Assembly: GCA_937921305.1 (NCBI GenBank)
Contig: CAKZSU010000005.1
Coordinates: forward strand, 74,740 to 138,739
Length of the DNA: 64,000 bases
Direction: 5' to 3'
From: an uncultured Patescibacteria group bacterium
Lineage (GTDB): Bacteria; Patescibacteriota; Microgenomatia; UBA10105; UBA927
A program made the translations under genes and the position numbers. Below the pieces are notes generated by a model, which saw only the letters and a program-made list of their open reading frames with translations, made no database searches and was not told the origin of the DNA. Of this stretch, positions 24,208 through 33,249 are shown one piece after another (position 1 is the first letter of the stretch; the number at the start of each line of letters is the position of its first letter).

Positions 24208-25037
24208 ATGAATCACGACAATCAGGTCAAATTCTTCTTATTACTTTGTTAGTTCTTGTCGTGCTTATCACGATAGGATTGGCGTTGATCGGTCGAGTTC
24301 GTATCGACACGACGATGACGACAGACATTGAGGAATCGTTGAGAGCGTTTAGCGCCGCGGAAGCCGGAGTGGAAGAAGCGTTAAAAAGCGGCGTTGTGCG
24401 ATCGCAACCAGTTCAGTTGAGCGATGTTCCAGCGTCTTATACAACGCAAATAAACACTATCAATGCCGCAACAAGTTATTACAAATTTCCTCGCGTTTTA
24501 TCTCAAGGGGAGGTGGAAACATTTTGGCTGATCAATCATGACGAGAATCAGACACGTCAAGAGATTCCTACGTATACGCGAGACAGAATTACTCTTTGTT
24601 GGAGAGGAAAGCAAGGAGAAACTCCCGCGTTATCAATTGCTTTGATGTACAAGCGAGGGGCACAGTATCTTGTTGCGAGAGCAGCGATTGATCCAAATCG
24701 AGATCGAGACAACAATTTTTCCGCTCCTGATAGTTTTGGGAGTGGTTGTGGACAACCGAATGTGTTCATAAAAGAGATTCGTTTTTCAGATTTTTCTCCA
24801 TCGATTAATCCAACCACCGATATACTTATATTTATTCGACTTCGTTCGTTCTACGCCGACGCGTTTCTGTTTGTTGATGGAGGCGGATTTTCACTGCCAA
24901 ATCAAGGGAATGTTATTATATCGACTGGAACCACAGGGAGCGGTGTTGCAAGGAAAATCGTTGTGGTTCGACCATTTCGAGCGCCGCGAGGAATATTTGA
25001 CGCGGCGATTATAAGTCAGACTTCTTTTTCCAAATGA
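24204..25037 (+). CDS. Minor pilin (PilX-like)
   Basis: SG|QILLITL lacking Glu5; AFSAAEAGVEEAL motif. Confidence 0.8.
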   Translation: MNESRQSGQILLITLLVLVVLITIGLALIGRVRIDTTMTTDIEESLRAFSAAEAGVEEALKSGVVRSQPVQLSDVPASYTTQINTINAATSYYKFPRVLSQGEVETFWLINHDENQTRQEIPTYTRDRITLCWRGKQGETPALSIALMYKRGAQYLVARAAIDPNRDRDNNFSAPDSFGSGCGQPNVFIKEIRFSDFSPSINPTTDILIFIRLRSFYADAFLFVDGGGFSLPNQGNVIISTGTTGSGVARKIVVVRPFRAPRGIFDAAIISQTSFSK

Positions 25038-25055
25038 TCATGGTACACTAAAATT

Positions 25056-26078
25056 ATGCAGACACTTTTGGGACTAGATATTGGTTCACATACAATGAAA
25101 ATTGTCGAGCTTAAAAAGCAAGGCAACACTGCGTATACGCTATTAACCGCCGCGTCAGCTCCGACACCACCAAAAGTTATCGGTACTACCCCAGAGTTTG
25201 AAATTGAATCATTCGCTCAGTCTATCCAAAAATTTATCAAAGACGCAAAGGTAAAATCTAGATCTGTGCATATCGCTCTTCCAGAATCTCAAGTGTTTAC
25301 AAGGGTGATCGAGGTTCCGCAGTTGTCTCGTCAAGAACTAGCGTCATCTCTTAAATGGGAAGCGGAACAATATATTCCACTTCCGCTTGATCAGGTCAAT
25401 ATGGACTTTGCGATACTAAGGGAAGCGAAAGATACAATGAATAACATGATGCAAGTATTGTTGGTTGCCGCGCCAAAGACATTGATTGACAAATATGTCT
25501 CATTTCTTGAGCTTGCCGGTCTTGCCGTTGTTAGCGTGGAGACAGAAATAATTTCTGCGACGCGAGCAATTCTTCCTATGGTCAGTAATACAAAAACTGC
25601 GATTCTCGTGTCTCTTGGAGCGCAAACAACGGACTTGGCGATTCTTCGAGATGGCGTGATTGCGTTTACCCGATCAATCAGCGCCGGAGGCGAAGCGTTG
25701 TCTCGCGCGTTAGTGCAAATTCTTGGGTTTAAGCAACATCAGGCGGAAGAATTTAAGAGAACATATGGATTAAATAAGCAGCATCTAGAAGGAAGAATTG
25801 TTGAAGCGGTAAAGCCGATTATGGATACGATTATTAGCGAGATTAAACGATCGCTTGTGTTTTATCAAGAAAAGTATAAAACAGATCAACTTGATCTCTT
25901 GATTCTTTCTGGAGGAACGGCAAAATTGCCGGGAATTGTTGCCTATATGAAAGAATATGTTGGAGTTGATGTTCAAATTGCGAATCCGTGGATAGGGATA
26001 CAGAGAAATCAGCAATTTGCGTTTCTTGACGCCGAAGCTCCAATGTTTACTGTCGCTGCCGGCTTAGCGCGATTGTAA
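25056..26078 (+). CDS. pilM: Type IV pilus assembly protein PilM
   Basis: GLDIGSHTMK, WEAEQYIP, VLLVAAP, LSGG, AAGLA (actin-like fold motifs). Confidence 0.93.
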   Translation: MQTLLGLDIGSHTMKIVELKKQGNTAYTLLTAASAPTPPKVIGTTPEFEIESFAQSIQKFIKDAKVKSRSVHIALPESQVFTRVIEVPQLSRQELASSLKWEAEQYIPLPLDQVNMDFAILREAKDTMNNMMQVLLVAAPKTLIDKYVSFLELAGLAVVSVETEIISATRAILPMVSNTKTAILVSLGAQTTDLAILRDGVIAFTRSISAGGEALSRALVQILGFKQHQAEEFKRTYGLNKQHLEGRIVEAVKPIMDTIISEIKRSLVFYQEKYKTDQLDLLILSGGTAKLPGIVAYMKEYVGVDVQIANPWIGIQRNQQFAFLDAEAPMFTVAAGLARL

Positions 26079-26095
26079 CCGTTGGTGATCGATAT

Positions 26096-26647
26096 ATGAA
26101 TCGTGGTATCGCGATAAATCTTTTTCGACCAACCTCTCGCTTCTCTGATCAAGAACGTGCGTTGTTTCGAAAACTTCGCATATATAGCGCGATCGTTCTT
26201 TTTTTCATAATCGCGTTAAGCGCGTTTGTGGCGATTGCATATCTTGCGGGGGCCACGCAGTATTCTCGATTAGAAGAAGAGCGAGCGTTTCTCGCAAAAT
26301 CAGTGTCAGCGCAAGCGAAAAAAGAAATTCTATTACTCTCATTTCAAGAGAGAGTACCTGTCGTTCAACAGATTATGAAGAATCAACAACCTCTTGATAA
26401 TTTGCTTGGTTCTTTGGCAGAAATCGCGTCTCCTTTAAGTATACAAACAGTATCTTTTAACAAAGAACATAATTATCAAGTGCAGACAACGATCACTACG
26501 GATTCACTGGAGGAAATGCAAGAGATTATTGGTCGCGTGTTACAAAAAACAGAAGAGCGCGATATTCATAGCCCATATATTCAATCGTTGTCGATTGGAG
26601 GCAATGGGAAAGTGGAGGCGATTCTTCGATTTGCACCAATATTGTAA
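26096..26647 (+). CDS. PilN-like protein
   Basis: INLF motif, single TM, coiled coil; follows pilM. Confidence 0.65.
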   Translation: MNRGIAINLFRPTSRFSDQERALFRKLRIYSAIVLFFIIALSAFVAIAYLAGATQYSRLEEERAFLAKSVSAQAKKEILLLSFQERVPVVQQIMKNQQPLDNLLGSLAEIASPLSIQTVSFNKEHNYQVQTTITTDSLEEMQEIIGRVLQKTEERDIHSPYIQSLSIGGNGKVEAILRFAPIL

Positions 26648-26667
26648 TCTCGTATGAGAAATATAGT

Positions 26668-27417
26668 ATGATTCGATACAGACGAACATTACAAAAGTAT
26701 CAACCATATATTCTTCCGATAGGGATATTTGTCTGTTCTATTCTTTGGTGTTTTTTATTTATCGTCCCATTTATTCAAAGAACCATTGAACTTTTTCGCG
26801 ATGTTAATGTTGTCAGATCTCATGTAGAAAAACTTCAGGAAAAATCGTCTGTTTTGGCAACTATCGATGAGCTTCAATTTGAAAATCAGCTAAACATCTT
26901 GACCTCTGCCGTGCCGATCGAACCGTCATTGGCGACAATTCTCATAACATTAGAACAAATCAGTGAACGCTCCGGCGCTCAGTTGATTTCATTCACAATT
27001 GAGTCATCAGAATCATTGGCAACGCAGTCGGGATCTCTTGAAGAGCAAAAAGATCGATCAAAAGGACAGGGGACTCAGTTGCCATTTTCGGTTGTTATTG
27101 GCGGATCGTTTGAGCAAATTCAAACATTTTTGCGATTTGCCCATACTGTGAGACGATTTTTTTCTATTCATGGCGTGAGAGCGCAGTTAAATGAAGATGA
27201 TAATCAGCTTCGAGCAACATTGTCCGTTGACGCCTTTTATCTTCCTTTATCAAAGAAACATCAGCAAGAAACGTTGCGACCGATAACAGATGAAGAGTAC
27301 GCAATCCTTTCAAAAGTGCAGGAATATCAAGATATGGGAAATATTCAGTTGGGAAGCGCCGATGTGTTGCCAAATACTCCTCTTGAAGGCAGAGCTAATC
27401 CTTTTTCTCTGGAATAA
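26668..27417 (+). CDS. PilO-like protein
   Basis: N-terminal TM, coiled coil, GSFEQIQTFL...RRFF; ends GRANPF; follows pilN. Confidence 0.7.
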   Translation: MIRYRRTLQKYQPYILPIGIFVCSILWCFLFIVPFIQRTIELFRDVNVVRSHVEKLQEKSSVLATIDELQFENQLNILTSAVPIEPSLATILITLEQISERSGAQLISFTIESSESLATQSGSLEEQKDRSKGQGTQLPFSVVIGGSFEQIQTFLRFAHTVRRFFSIHGVRAQLNEDDNQLRATLSVDAFYLPLSKKHQQETLRPITDEEYAILSKVQEYQDMGNIQLGSADVLPNTPLEGRANPFSLE

Positions 27418-28051
27418 CGGGCGCTTTATTCGTTGTCCTCCATGCGTCGATTTGTTTGTGGTTTCCTGACAAAAGAATATCTGGTACTTTCATGCCTTTA
27501 TATTCTGGAGGTCTTGTGTACTGAGGATATTCAAGGAAGTTATCGGTAAATGACTCATCGTGTGTCGCTTCTGAATCAAGAACACCAGGGAGAAGTCTTG
27601 TGACGCTATCAACAATAACCATCGCTGGTATTTCTCCTCCAGTCAAGACATACTGCCCTATTGAGAGCGACTCATCGACAAGAGATCGAACCCGTTCGTC
27701 TACCCCTTCGTAGTGACCGCATAGAAGAATGATATGATCATATGACGTTAATTTTCTAGCAAGTTCTTGTGTGTAGTATCTCCCTTTAGGATCAAGGAGA
27801 ACCGTGATCGTTTTTGTATCATTCGTTTTAATATGCGTTAATGCTCTATCGATGATATCGACGCGCATAATCATTCCCTTTCCGCCTCCATATGGACGAT
27901 CATCAACAGATTTATGTTTATCTGTTGCGAAGTCTCGAGTGTTAACAATTGCAATGTCGATGATCTGTTGTTCTTTCGCCCGCTTGATAATCGATGCGTC
28001 AAACGGACCGGTGAACATTTCGGGAAAGAGGGTAAGTATTGTATACTTCAT
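27395..28051 (-). CDS. trmD: tRNA (guanine-N1)-methyltransferase
   Basis: TLFPEMF, VDDRPYGGG, CGHYEGVDER, GGEIPAM, EYPQYTRP, LLSGNH. Confidence 0.97.
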   Translation of the reverse strand: MKYTILTLFPEMFTGPFDASIIKRAKEQQIIDIAIVNTRDFATDKHKSVDDRPYGGGKGMIMRVDIIDRALTHIKTNDTKTITVLLDPKGRYYTQELARKLTSYDHIILLCGHYEGVDERVRSLVDESLSIGQYVLTGGEIPAMVIVDSVTRLLPGVLDSEATHDESFTDNFLEYPQYTRPPEYKGMKVPDILLSGNHKQIDAWRTTNKAPVIPEKKD

Positions 28052-28278
28052 TCCGCGATAGCGACATCTACGTAGGTGTGTTGTTTGATCGCCATGATTT
28101 TGATGAGGTCTCGAATCGCTCGAATGATTCTTCCTTGCTTGCCAATAATTTTTCCTATATCTTCTTGCGCCGCATGAATAACAAGGATCGTTTTGTGTTC
28201 GTGTTGTTGTTCTTCTACAGAAAGCGCGTCTTTGTTTTCAACAATGTGCTCGAGGATGTAGAGAAGCGTATCTTTCAT
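28048..28278 (-). CDS. khpA: KH domain RNA-binding protein
   Basis: DIGKIIGKQGRIIRAIR; conserved rpsP-khpA-trmD order. Confidence 0.9.
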   Translation of the reverse strand: MKDTLLYILEHIVENKDALSVEEQQHEHKTILVIHAAQEDIGKIIGKQGRIIRAIRDLIKIMAIKQHTYVDVAIAE

Positions 28279-28281
28279 ACA

Positions 28282-28518
28282 TTACGATGCTTGATGTTGT
28301 AAAAGTTTCTTTACTGCTTCGGTAAGTTGCGCGCCAACAGATTGCCAATACGAAATTCGTTCTGTATCAATTTTTATAATTGGCGGTTTTACTGTCGGGT
28401 CATAAAATCCGAGAATCTCTTTTGCTTTTCCGTCGCGTTTTTTTGATTCATCGATCGCGATGATGCGGTATTTTTTCTTATTTTTCGTTCCTGTTTGCGT
28501 GAGACGTATTTTTAGCAT
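28282..28518 (-). CDS. rpsP: 30S ribosomal protein S16
   Basis: MLKIRL...YRII...RDG...LGFYDP...GAQLT. Confidence 0.96.
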   Translation of the reverse strand: MLKIRLTQTGTKNKKKYRIIAIDESKKRDGKAKEILGFYDPTVKPPIIKIDTERISYWQSVGAQLTEAVKKLLQHQAS

Positions 28519-28531
28519 ACTGTTGATTCTA

Positions 28532-29242
28532 TCATCTTCTTCCCATCTTCTCAAGGGCGTTTGCGGCCGCTTGTTGTTCTCCTTCCTGCTTTGATTTGCC
28601 GACGCCTGTTCCGAGAATTTTATCTCCCACTAATACTTCAATCCAAAATGTTTTATTGTGATCTGGGCCTTCGGATTTTGCCACGCGGTATGTCGGAGAC
28701 ATTTTTGATTCTTGTTGCACGATTTCTTGAAGAAGACTTTTAAAATCGATGTATGATTTTGTTTCAATGATGTGTTGCGCTTTTGGGAGGATGTATCGTG
28801 AGAGAAACGATCGCGCCTGTTCTATCCCCTGGTCTAAATAGATTGCGCCAAGCAAGGCCTCAAAGCAGTCTGCAAGTAATGAATGGTTTCTTCTTCCTCC
28901 GGATTCTTCTTCTCCTTTGCTTAACATCAGAAGATCTCCGAGATGAAGGGATTCCGCGACGTCCGCGAGACTTTTTGTTTTGACAAGGCTTGATCGGATG
29001 TTTGTAAGTGTTCCTTCGGCAAGGTTGGGATATTGGGTATATAAAAATTCAGAAGTAAGAAGTGAGAGAACGGCGTCGCCAAGAAATTCAAGTCGTTCAT
29101 TTGATTGCTTGATGTGACGGGCTTCATTGAGATATGAACGATGATAAAACGCTTGGTTCAAAAGCGATACATCATGAAATGATATGCCGATGGTTTGTTG
29201 CAATTCGTCAAGCGTTATAGTGGTCTCCTGTTGGTTGTTCAT
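28532..29242 (-). CDS. rnc: Ribonuclease III
   Basis: NERLEFLGDAVL signature, ADCFEALLGAIYLD, C-terminal dsRBD. Confidence 0.97.
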   Translation of the reverse strand: MNNQQETTITLDELQQTIGISFHDVSLLNQAFYHRSYLNEARHIKQSNERLEFLGDAVLSLLTSEFLYTQYPNLAEGTLTNIRSSLVKTKSLADVAESLHLGDLLMLSKGEEESGGRRNHSLLADCFEALLGAIYLDQGIEQARSFLSRYILPKAQHIIETKSYIDFKSLLQEIVQQESKMSPTYRVAKSEGPDHNKTFWIEVLVGDKILGTGVGKSKQEGEQQAAANALEKMGRR

Positions 29243-29594
29243 TGTTCAGTTCTTTCATGACTGCTCCCAACGCGCCGTTGATAAACGCCGGGCTGCTCGG
29301 ATTGCCAAACGCTTTTGCTAATTCGATCGCTTCATCAATGATGACTTTTGGTGGTTCTTTTTGTTCTATCACCAATTCATAAATCGCTAAACGAAGAATG
29401 CTAAGGTCGATTTTTGCTATGCGATCAATCGGCCATTCAGGAGCGACACGTTGAATTATGGCGTCTATGCGATTTAGCGATGAAACGATTGGTTCTATGA
29501 CTGCTTCTGGTGTATGTTCTTGGAAGCTGTGCGCGAATAATTTTTGCATGAGGGTAATTCTTCTCTGGTGTCGTGGATCTTGCGGGGTTTTCAT
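29208..29594 (-). CDS. nusB: Transcription antitermination factor NusB
   Basis: ILRLAIYEL, VIIDEAIELAK, FINGAL. Confidence 0.94.
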   Translation of the reverse strand: MKTPQDPRHQRRITLMQKLFAHSFQEHTPEAVIEPIVSSLNRIDAIIQRVAPEWPIDRIAKIDLSILRLAIYELVIEQKEPPKVIIDEAIELAKAFGNPSSPAFINGALGAVMKELNNEQPTGDHYNA

Positions 29595-29669
29595 GCTCCT
29601 TCGTGCAACAATTAGCGTTCGCGTTTCATGACTTATGAAGGCATAAAGGAACGCCCACTGTTGACGACT

Positions 29670-29852
29670 TCATGCTTTTGCAATTTTTTCTCCTTTGTAG
29701 ATGAGATATCCGTCTTGCATATATGCCCTATGAGGGAGATGCAACGGTTCATTGCCTTTTCCTTTTGTGACAGTTGGTAACGAAAGTTTGATTGCCGCTT
29801 TTCGTTTTCCGCCTCGTCGTGTTGAATGTCTTCGTTTTACTAATGGAGCCAT
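29670..29852 (-). CDS. rpmF: 50S ribosomal protein L32 (cysteine-free form)
   Basis: MAPLVKRRHSTRRGGKR...PHR...GY...YKG; upstream of nusB. Confidence 0.8.
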   Translation of the reverse strand: MAPLVKRRHSTRRGGKRKAAIKLSLPTVTKGKGNEPLHLPHRAYMQDGYLIYKGEKIAKA

Positions 29853-29861
29853 GCGTATCTC

Positions 29862-31907
29862 CTAATCATGAATTTCTCCTATTATAGCTTTTTTTATTCG
29901 CTCTCTCAAGTGGGGAATGGTTAAACAGTCTGGGTCGTTCTGCATGAGATCTTCCGCGGCGCGTTTTGTTTGTTCTAATAAGTGTGTGTCTCCAAACGAG
30001 GCTATTTTTAATGTTGGAAATCCGTGTTGTCTAACGCCAAACACATCTCCAGCTCCTCGGAACAACAAGTCAAGATCAGCTAATTCTGGACCATTGTGGA
30101 TCGTTTCCATGGCTTTTAATCGTTTCAATGCTCGTTCATCTTGACTTTCTGTGAAAAGCAAGCAGTATGATTGCTTCTGCCCTCTTCCAACGCGTCCGCG
30201 CAATTGATGGAGTTGACTTAAGCCAAATCGTTCTGCGGTTTCAATAACAATAATTGTGGCGTTTGGAATATCGATGCCCACTTCTACAACCGGCGTGGCG
30301 AGAAGAATGTGGTGCTTTTTCTGAAGCATATCCGTGAGCACCGCGGTTTTTTCTTTTGGTTTCATGTTCCCGTGGAGCAGTCCAATCGAGAATTCTGAGA
30401 ATATGGTTTTAAGTTTTTCGTACTCTTTTTTTACCGCTTTCACATCGGCAAGCGTTTCTGATTCCGATTCTTCTATTAACGGACAGATGATAAACACTTG
30501 GCTATCGGTTTCTTTGATTTGTTTTTTTATCCATTCATAGGCGTTTTCTCGTTTTTCATTGGGGACAAGCCATGTTTTTATGGGTTTCCGTCCTGACGGC
30601 ATAGAAAGTAAAAAGCTCACATCAATGTTTCCTAAAAATGTTTTTGCGATCGTTCGAGGGATCGGCGTTGCCGTCATCGTGAGAAAATGGGGAACGATTG
30701 TTTCGTGTTGTTTCAGAAGCTTAGTTCGTTGTTTGACACCAAATCGATGTTGTTCGTCAATGACGATCAAGCCGACATTCCCAAGTATGTCTTGGTTTGT
30801 CAGTAGCGCGTGTGTTCCAACGATGATTCTATGATCGTCGCTAAACATATCGATTGTTGATGTATTTCCTGTGATGAGATCAATTTTTATATCAAATGAT
30901 TTAAATATGGACGAAAGCATTTTGTGATGTTGTTCTGCAAGAATCTGCGTGGGCGCCATGAGGACAGAGGAATACCGATGTTTCCACAGAAGATACATGG
31001 CAAACGCGGCGATAACCGTTTTTCCCGATCCCACATCGCCAATGATTAATCGATTCATCGGGACGTTTTTTGAAAGATCGTCTGAAATGTCTTGGATGAC
31101 ACGTTCCTGATCGGGAGTAAGTGAAAATGGCAACGCATGTTTGAATTGATCGATATCATCGTGATGAATAGAAAGCGCGATTCCCTTTTCTGATGTTTCT
31201 CTTTGTCGTCGCAACGCCTGAGATATAACATGGAGTTCAAGGAGTTCATCAAACGCAAGCCGTCGCTTTGCTTCTTTCGCATCTTCAAGCATTTTTGGAA
31301 AATGGACACGTTGAATCGCGTCTGAAAGCGTCATAAGGTTATAAGATGATTGAATATGTTCTGGAAGATAGTCGGTGATTTCGTCTGCTAGCTCTGTCAA
31401 TAACGCGTAAACTTTCTCTCTCAACCATGTGGAAGTGATGCCTTCGGTTTCCGGATAAATTGGCACGATCCGTCCTGTGTGAAGATTGAGGTTTTCCGAT
31501 GATTCGCGTTCGAATGTGGGGTTTGAGAGGACAATCCTTTTTCCAAACCACGAGACCGTTCCAGAAAAATTTCCTTTGTTGCCTTCTCGAATGACGCGAA
31601 GAAGATACTGTTGGTTGAACCAAATAATTGTCATAATCCCAGTATTATCTACGACTTTCCCTTCAATAATTTTCTTCCCATACTTTGTGACGAAAAACTT
31701 CATGGAAAGAACGGTGCCGTAAATCGTGATAGTTTCTCCCAGTTGCGCTTCGGCGATTGGAGTAATCAAAGAGTAGTCTTCGTAGCGAAATGGAAAATGA
31801 TAAAGCATGTCTTTTACTGTATGTATGCCAAGTCGTTTGAGCAACTCCGCTCGTTTCTTCCCTACTGATGAAAGTGCTTCGATAGGCGTGGTGAGAGATA
31901 GTGTCAT
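29862..31907 (-). CDS. recG: ATP-dependent DNA helicase RecG
   Basis: GDVGSGKT, IDEQHRFG, MTATPIPRT, QLHQLRGRVGRG. Confidence 0.97.
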   Translation of the reverse strand: MTLSLTTPIEALSSVGKKRAELLKRLGIHTVKDMLYHFPFRYEDYSLITPIAEAQLGETITIYGTVLSMKFFVTKYGKKIIEGKVVDNTGIMTIIWFNQQYLLRVIREGNKGNFSGTVSWFGKRIVLSNPTFERESSENLNLHTGRIVPIYPETEGITSTWLREKVYALLTELADEITDYLPEHIQSSYNLMTLSDAIQRVHFPKMLEDAKEAKRRLAFDELLELHVISQALRRQRETSEKGIALSIHHDDIDQFKHALPFSLTPDQERVIQDISDDLSKNVPMNRLIIGDVGSGKTVIAAFAMYLLWKHRYSSVLMAPTQILAEQHHKMLSSIFKSFDIKIDLITGNTSTIDMFSDDHRIIVGTHALLTNQDILGNVGLIVIDEQHRFGVKQRTKLLKQHETIVPHFLTMTATPIPRTIAKTFLGNIDVSFLLSMPSGRKPIKTWLVPNEKRENAYEWIKKQIKETDSQVFIICPLIEESESETLADVKAVKKEYEKLKTIFSEFSIGLLHGNMKPKEKTAVLTDMLQKKHHILLATPVVEVGIDIPNATIIVIETAERFGLSQLHQLRGRVGRGQKQSYCLLFTESQDERALKRLKAMETIHNGPELADLDLLFRGAGDVFGVRQHGFPTLKIASFGDTHLLEQTKRAAEDLMQNDPDCLTIPHLRERIKKAIIGEIHD

Positions 31908-31931
31908 GAGAAGTATTGTACTATTAGTTTT

Positions 31932-32039
31932 TTACAATCCGCCAAAGAAGAATGGCAACAGAGAGCTTAAGACAAGAGAAAGGGATGCAATAATGACGAT
32001 GACAGTCCAAAATTTTCTATGTTTTCTAACAAAATCCAT
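31932..32039 (-). CDS. 35-aa single-TM small protein (below the ORF-track cutoff)
   Basis: MDFVRKHRKFWTVIVIIASLSLVLSSLLPFFFGGL*; starts 2 nt after the tyrS stop. Confidence 0.55.
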   Translation of the reverse strand: MDFVRKHRKFWTVIVIIASLSLVLSSLLPFFFGGL

Positions 32040-32041
32040 AT

Positions 32042-33226
32042 TTATGCTACTATTTTACCAGCTTTTTTCTTTCCGACAACAATAATATCTCCTGATTTAA
32101 ACGCATGTGGCGTCGCATGATTGCTCACGCTGGCATTGTTGATTGAGACTGCTCTCTGCGCGATAAGTCGTTTCCCCTCGGATTTGCTTTCAATAAGACC
32201 GAGAGAGAGCAATTGTTCAACGATTGTTTCTCCGGAAATATGAGAGAGTGGATATTCTGGGAGATCCGCGGCAAGAAAGTTTTTTTCTTGAACGCGAAGC
32301 TCAAATTGCCGTTGCGCTTCTTTTGCTTCGTTTTCTGTGTTGAATTGTTTCGTCAGCTCAAATGCGAGCCGTTTTTTCCATGCCAGTGGATCTTTTCGAA
32401 TATTATCTGCTGATACTAATTGATCTGTAAGAAGATGAAAACATGGAGCGATCGCGTCGTCTCCAAGACTCATAATTTTCGCGTAAAAGTCATTTGGCTG
32501 GTCAGTAAGACCAATCACATTTCCTTCAGTTTTTCCAATCTTATTGCCCTTCGCGTCGGTGAGAAGCGGCACGGTTATGACAAATTTTTCTTTTTGTTTC
32601 ATGATGCGCATGAGTTTTCTTCCCATCATCATGTTAAATAATTGATCTGTTCCGCCGATTTCAACATCAACATCCATTGCGACAGAATCATACCCTTGCA
32701 GGATTGGATAGAGAAATTCATTCATGTAGAGTTCCTGGCCTTCTTTGACTCGTTTTTGAAACATGTCTCGTTCAATAACTTGTTGATAGGTTAAATAATG
32801 CGCGAGAGAGACAAATTCTACCGCGTTCATCGAGCCAAGCCACGTGCTGTTATATAGAATCTCCACTGGATTCTCGCCGTCAAATCGGAGGATTTTCCCA
32901 GCTTGCTCTTTGTATTGTTCCGCGTTTTTGATCACTTCTTCCCGCGTGAGGAGTTTTCTTGCGGTTGTTTTTCCCGATGGATCGCCAATTACTGCCGTCG
33001 CGTCGCCGATAAGAAAAATGACATGGTGTCCAAGATCTTGAAACTGTCGAAGTTTTCGGATGGCAACTGCGTGCCCAATGTGAAGCTGGGGGCCTGTAGG
33101 ATCGAATCCTTGGTACACGCGAAGTTTTTTCCCAGAACGGAGAAACGCTTCGAGTTTTTGTTTGCTCGGATAAATTTCCTCTATTCCTTGTGAAAGCAAC
33201 AGATCAATTGCGTCCATATGATGCAT
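32042..33226 (-). CDS. tyrS: Tyrosine--tRNA ligase
   Basis: GFDPT...HIGH, YPILQGYD, GGTDQ, KIGKT, C-terminal S4-like domain. Confidence 0.96.
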   Translation of the reverse strand: MHHMDAIDLLLSQGIEEIYPSKQKLEAFLRSGKKLRVYQGFDPTGPQLHIGHAVAIRKLRQFQDLGHHVIFLIGDATAVIGDPSGKTTARKLLTREEVIKNAEQYKEQAGKILRFDGENPVEILYNSTWLGSMNAVEFVSLAHYLTYQQVIERDMFQKRVKEGQELYMNEFLYPILQGYDSVAMDVDVEIGGTDQLFNMMMGRKLMRIMKQKEKFVITVPLLTDAKGNKIGKTEGNVIGLTDQPNDFYAKIMSLGDDAIAPCFHLLTDQLVSADNIRKDPLAWKKRLAFELTKQFNTENEAKEAQRQFELRVQEKNFLAADLPEYPLSHISGETIVEQLLSLGLIESKSEGKRLIAQRAVSINNASVSNHATPHAFKSGDIIVVGKKKAGKIVA

Positions 33227-33249
33227 ACTATATCATACATCTGTAAAGT

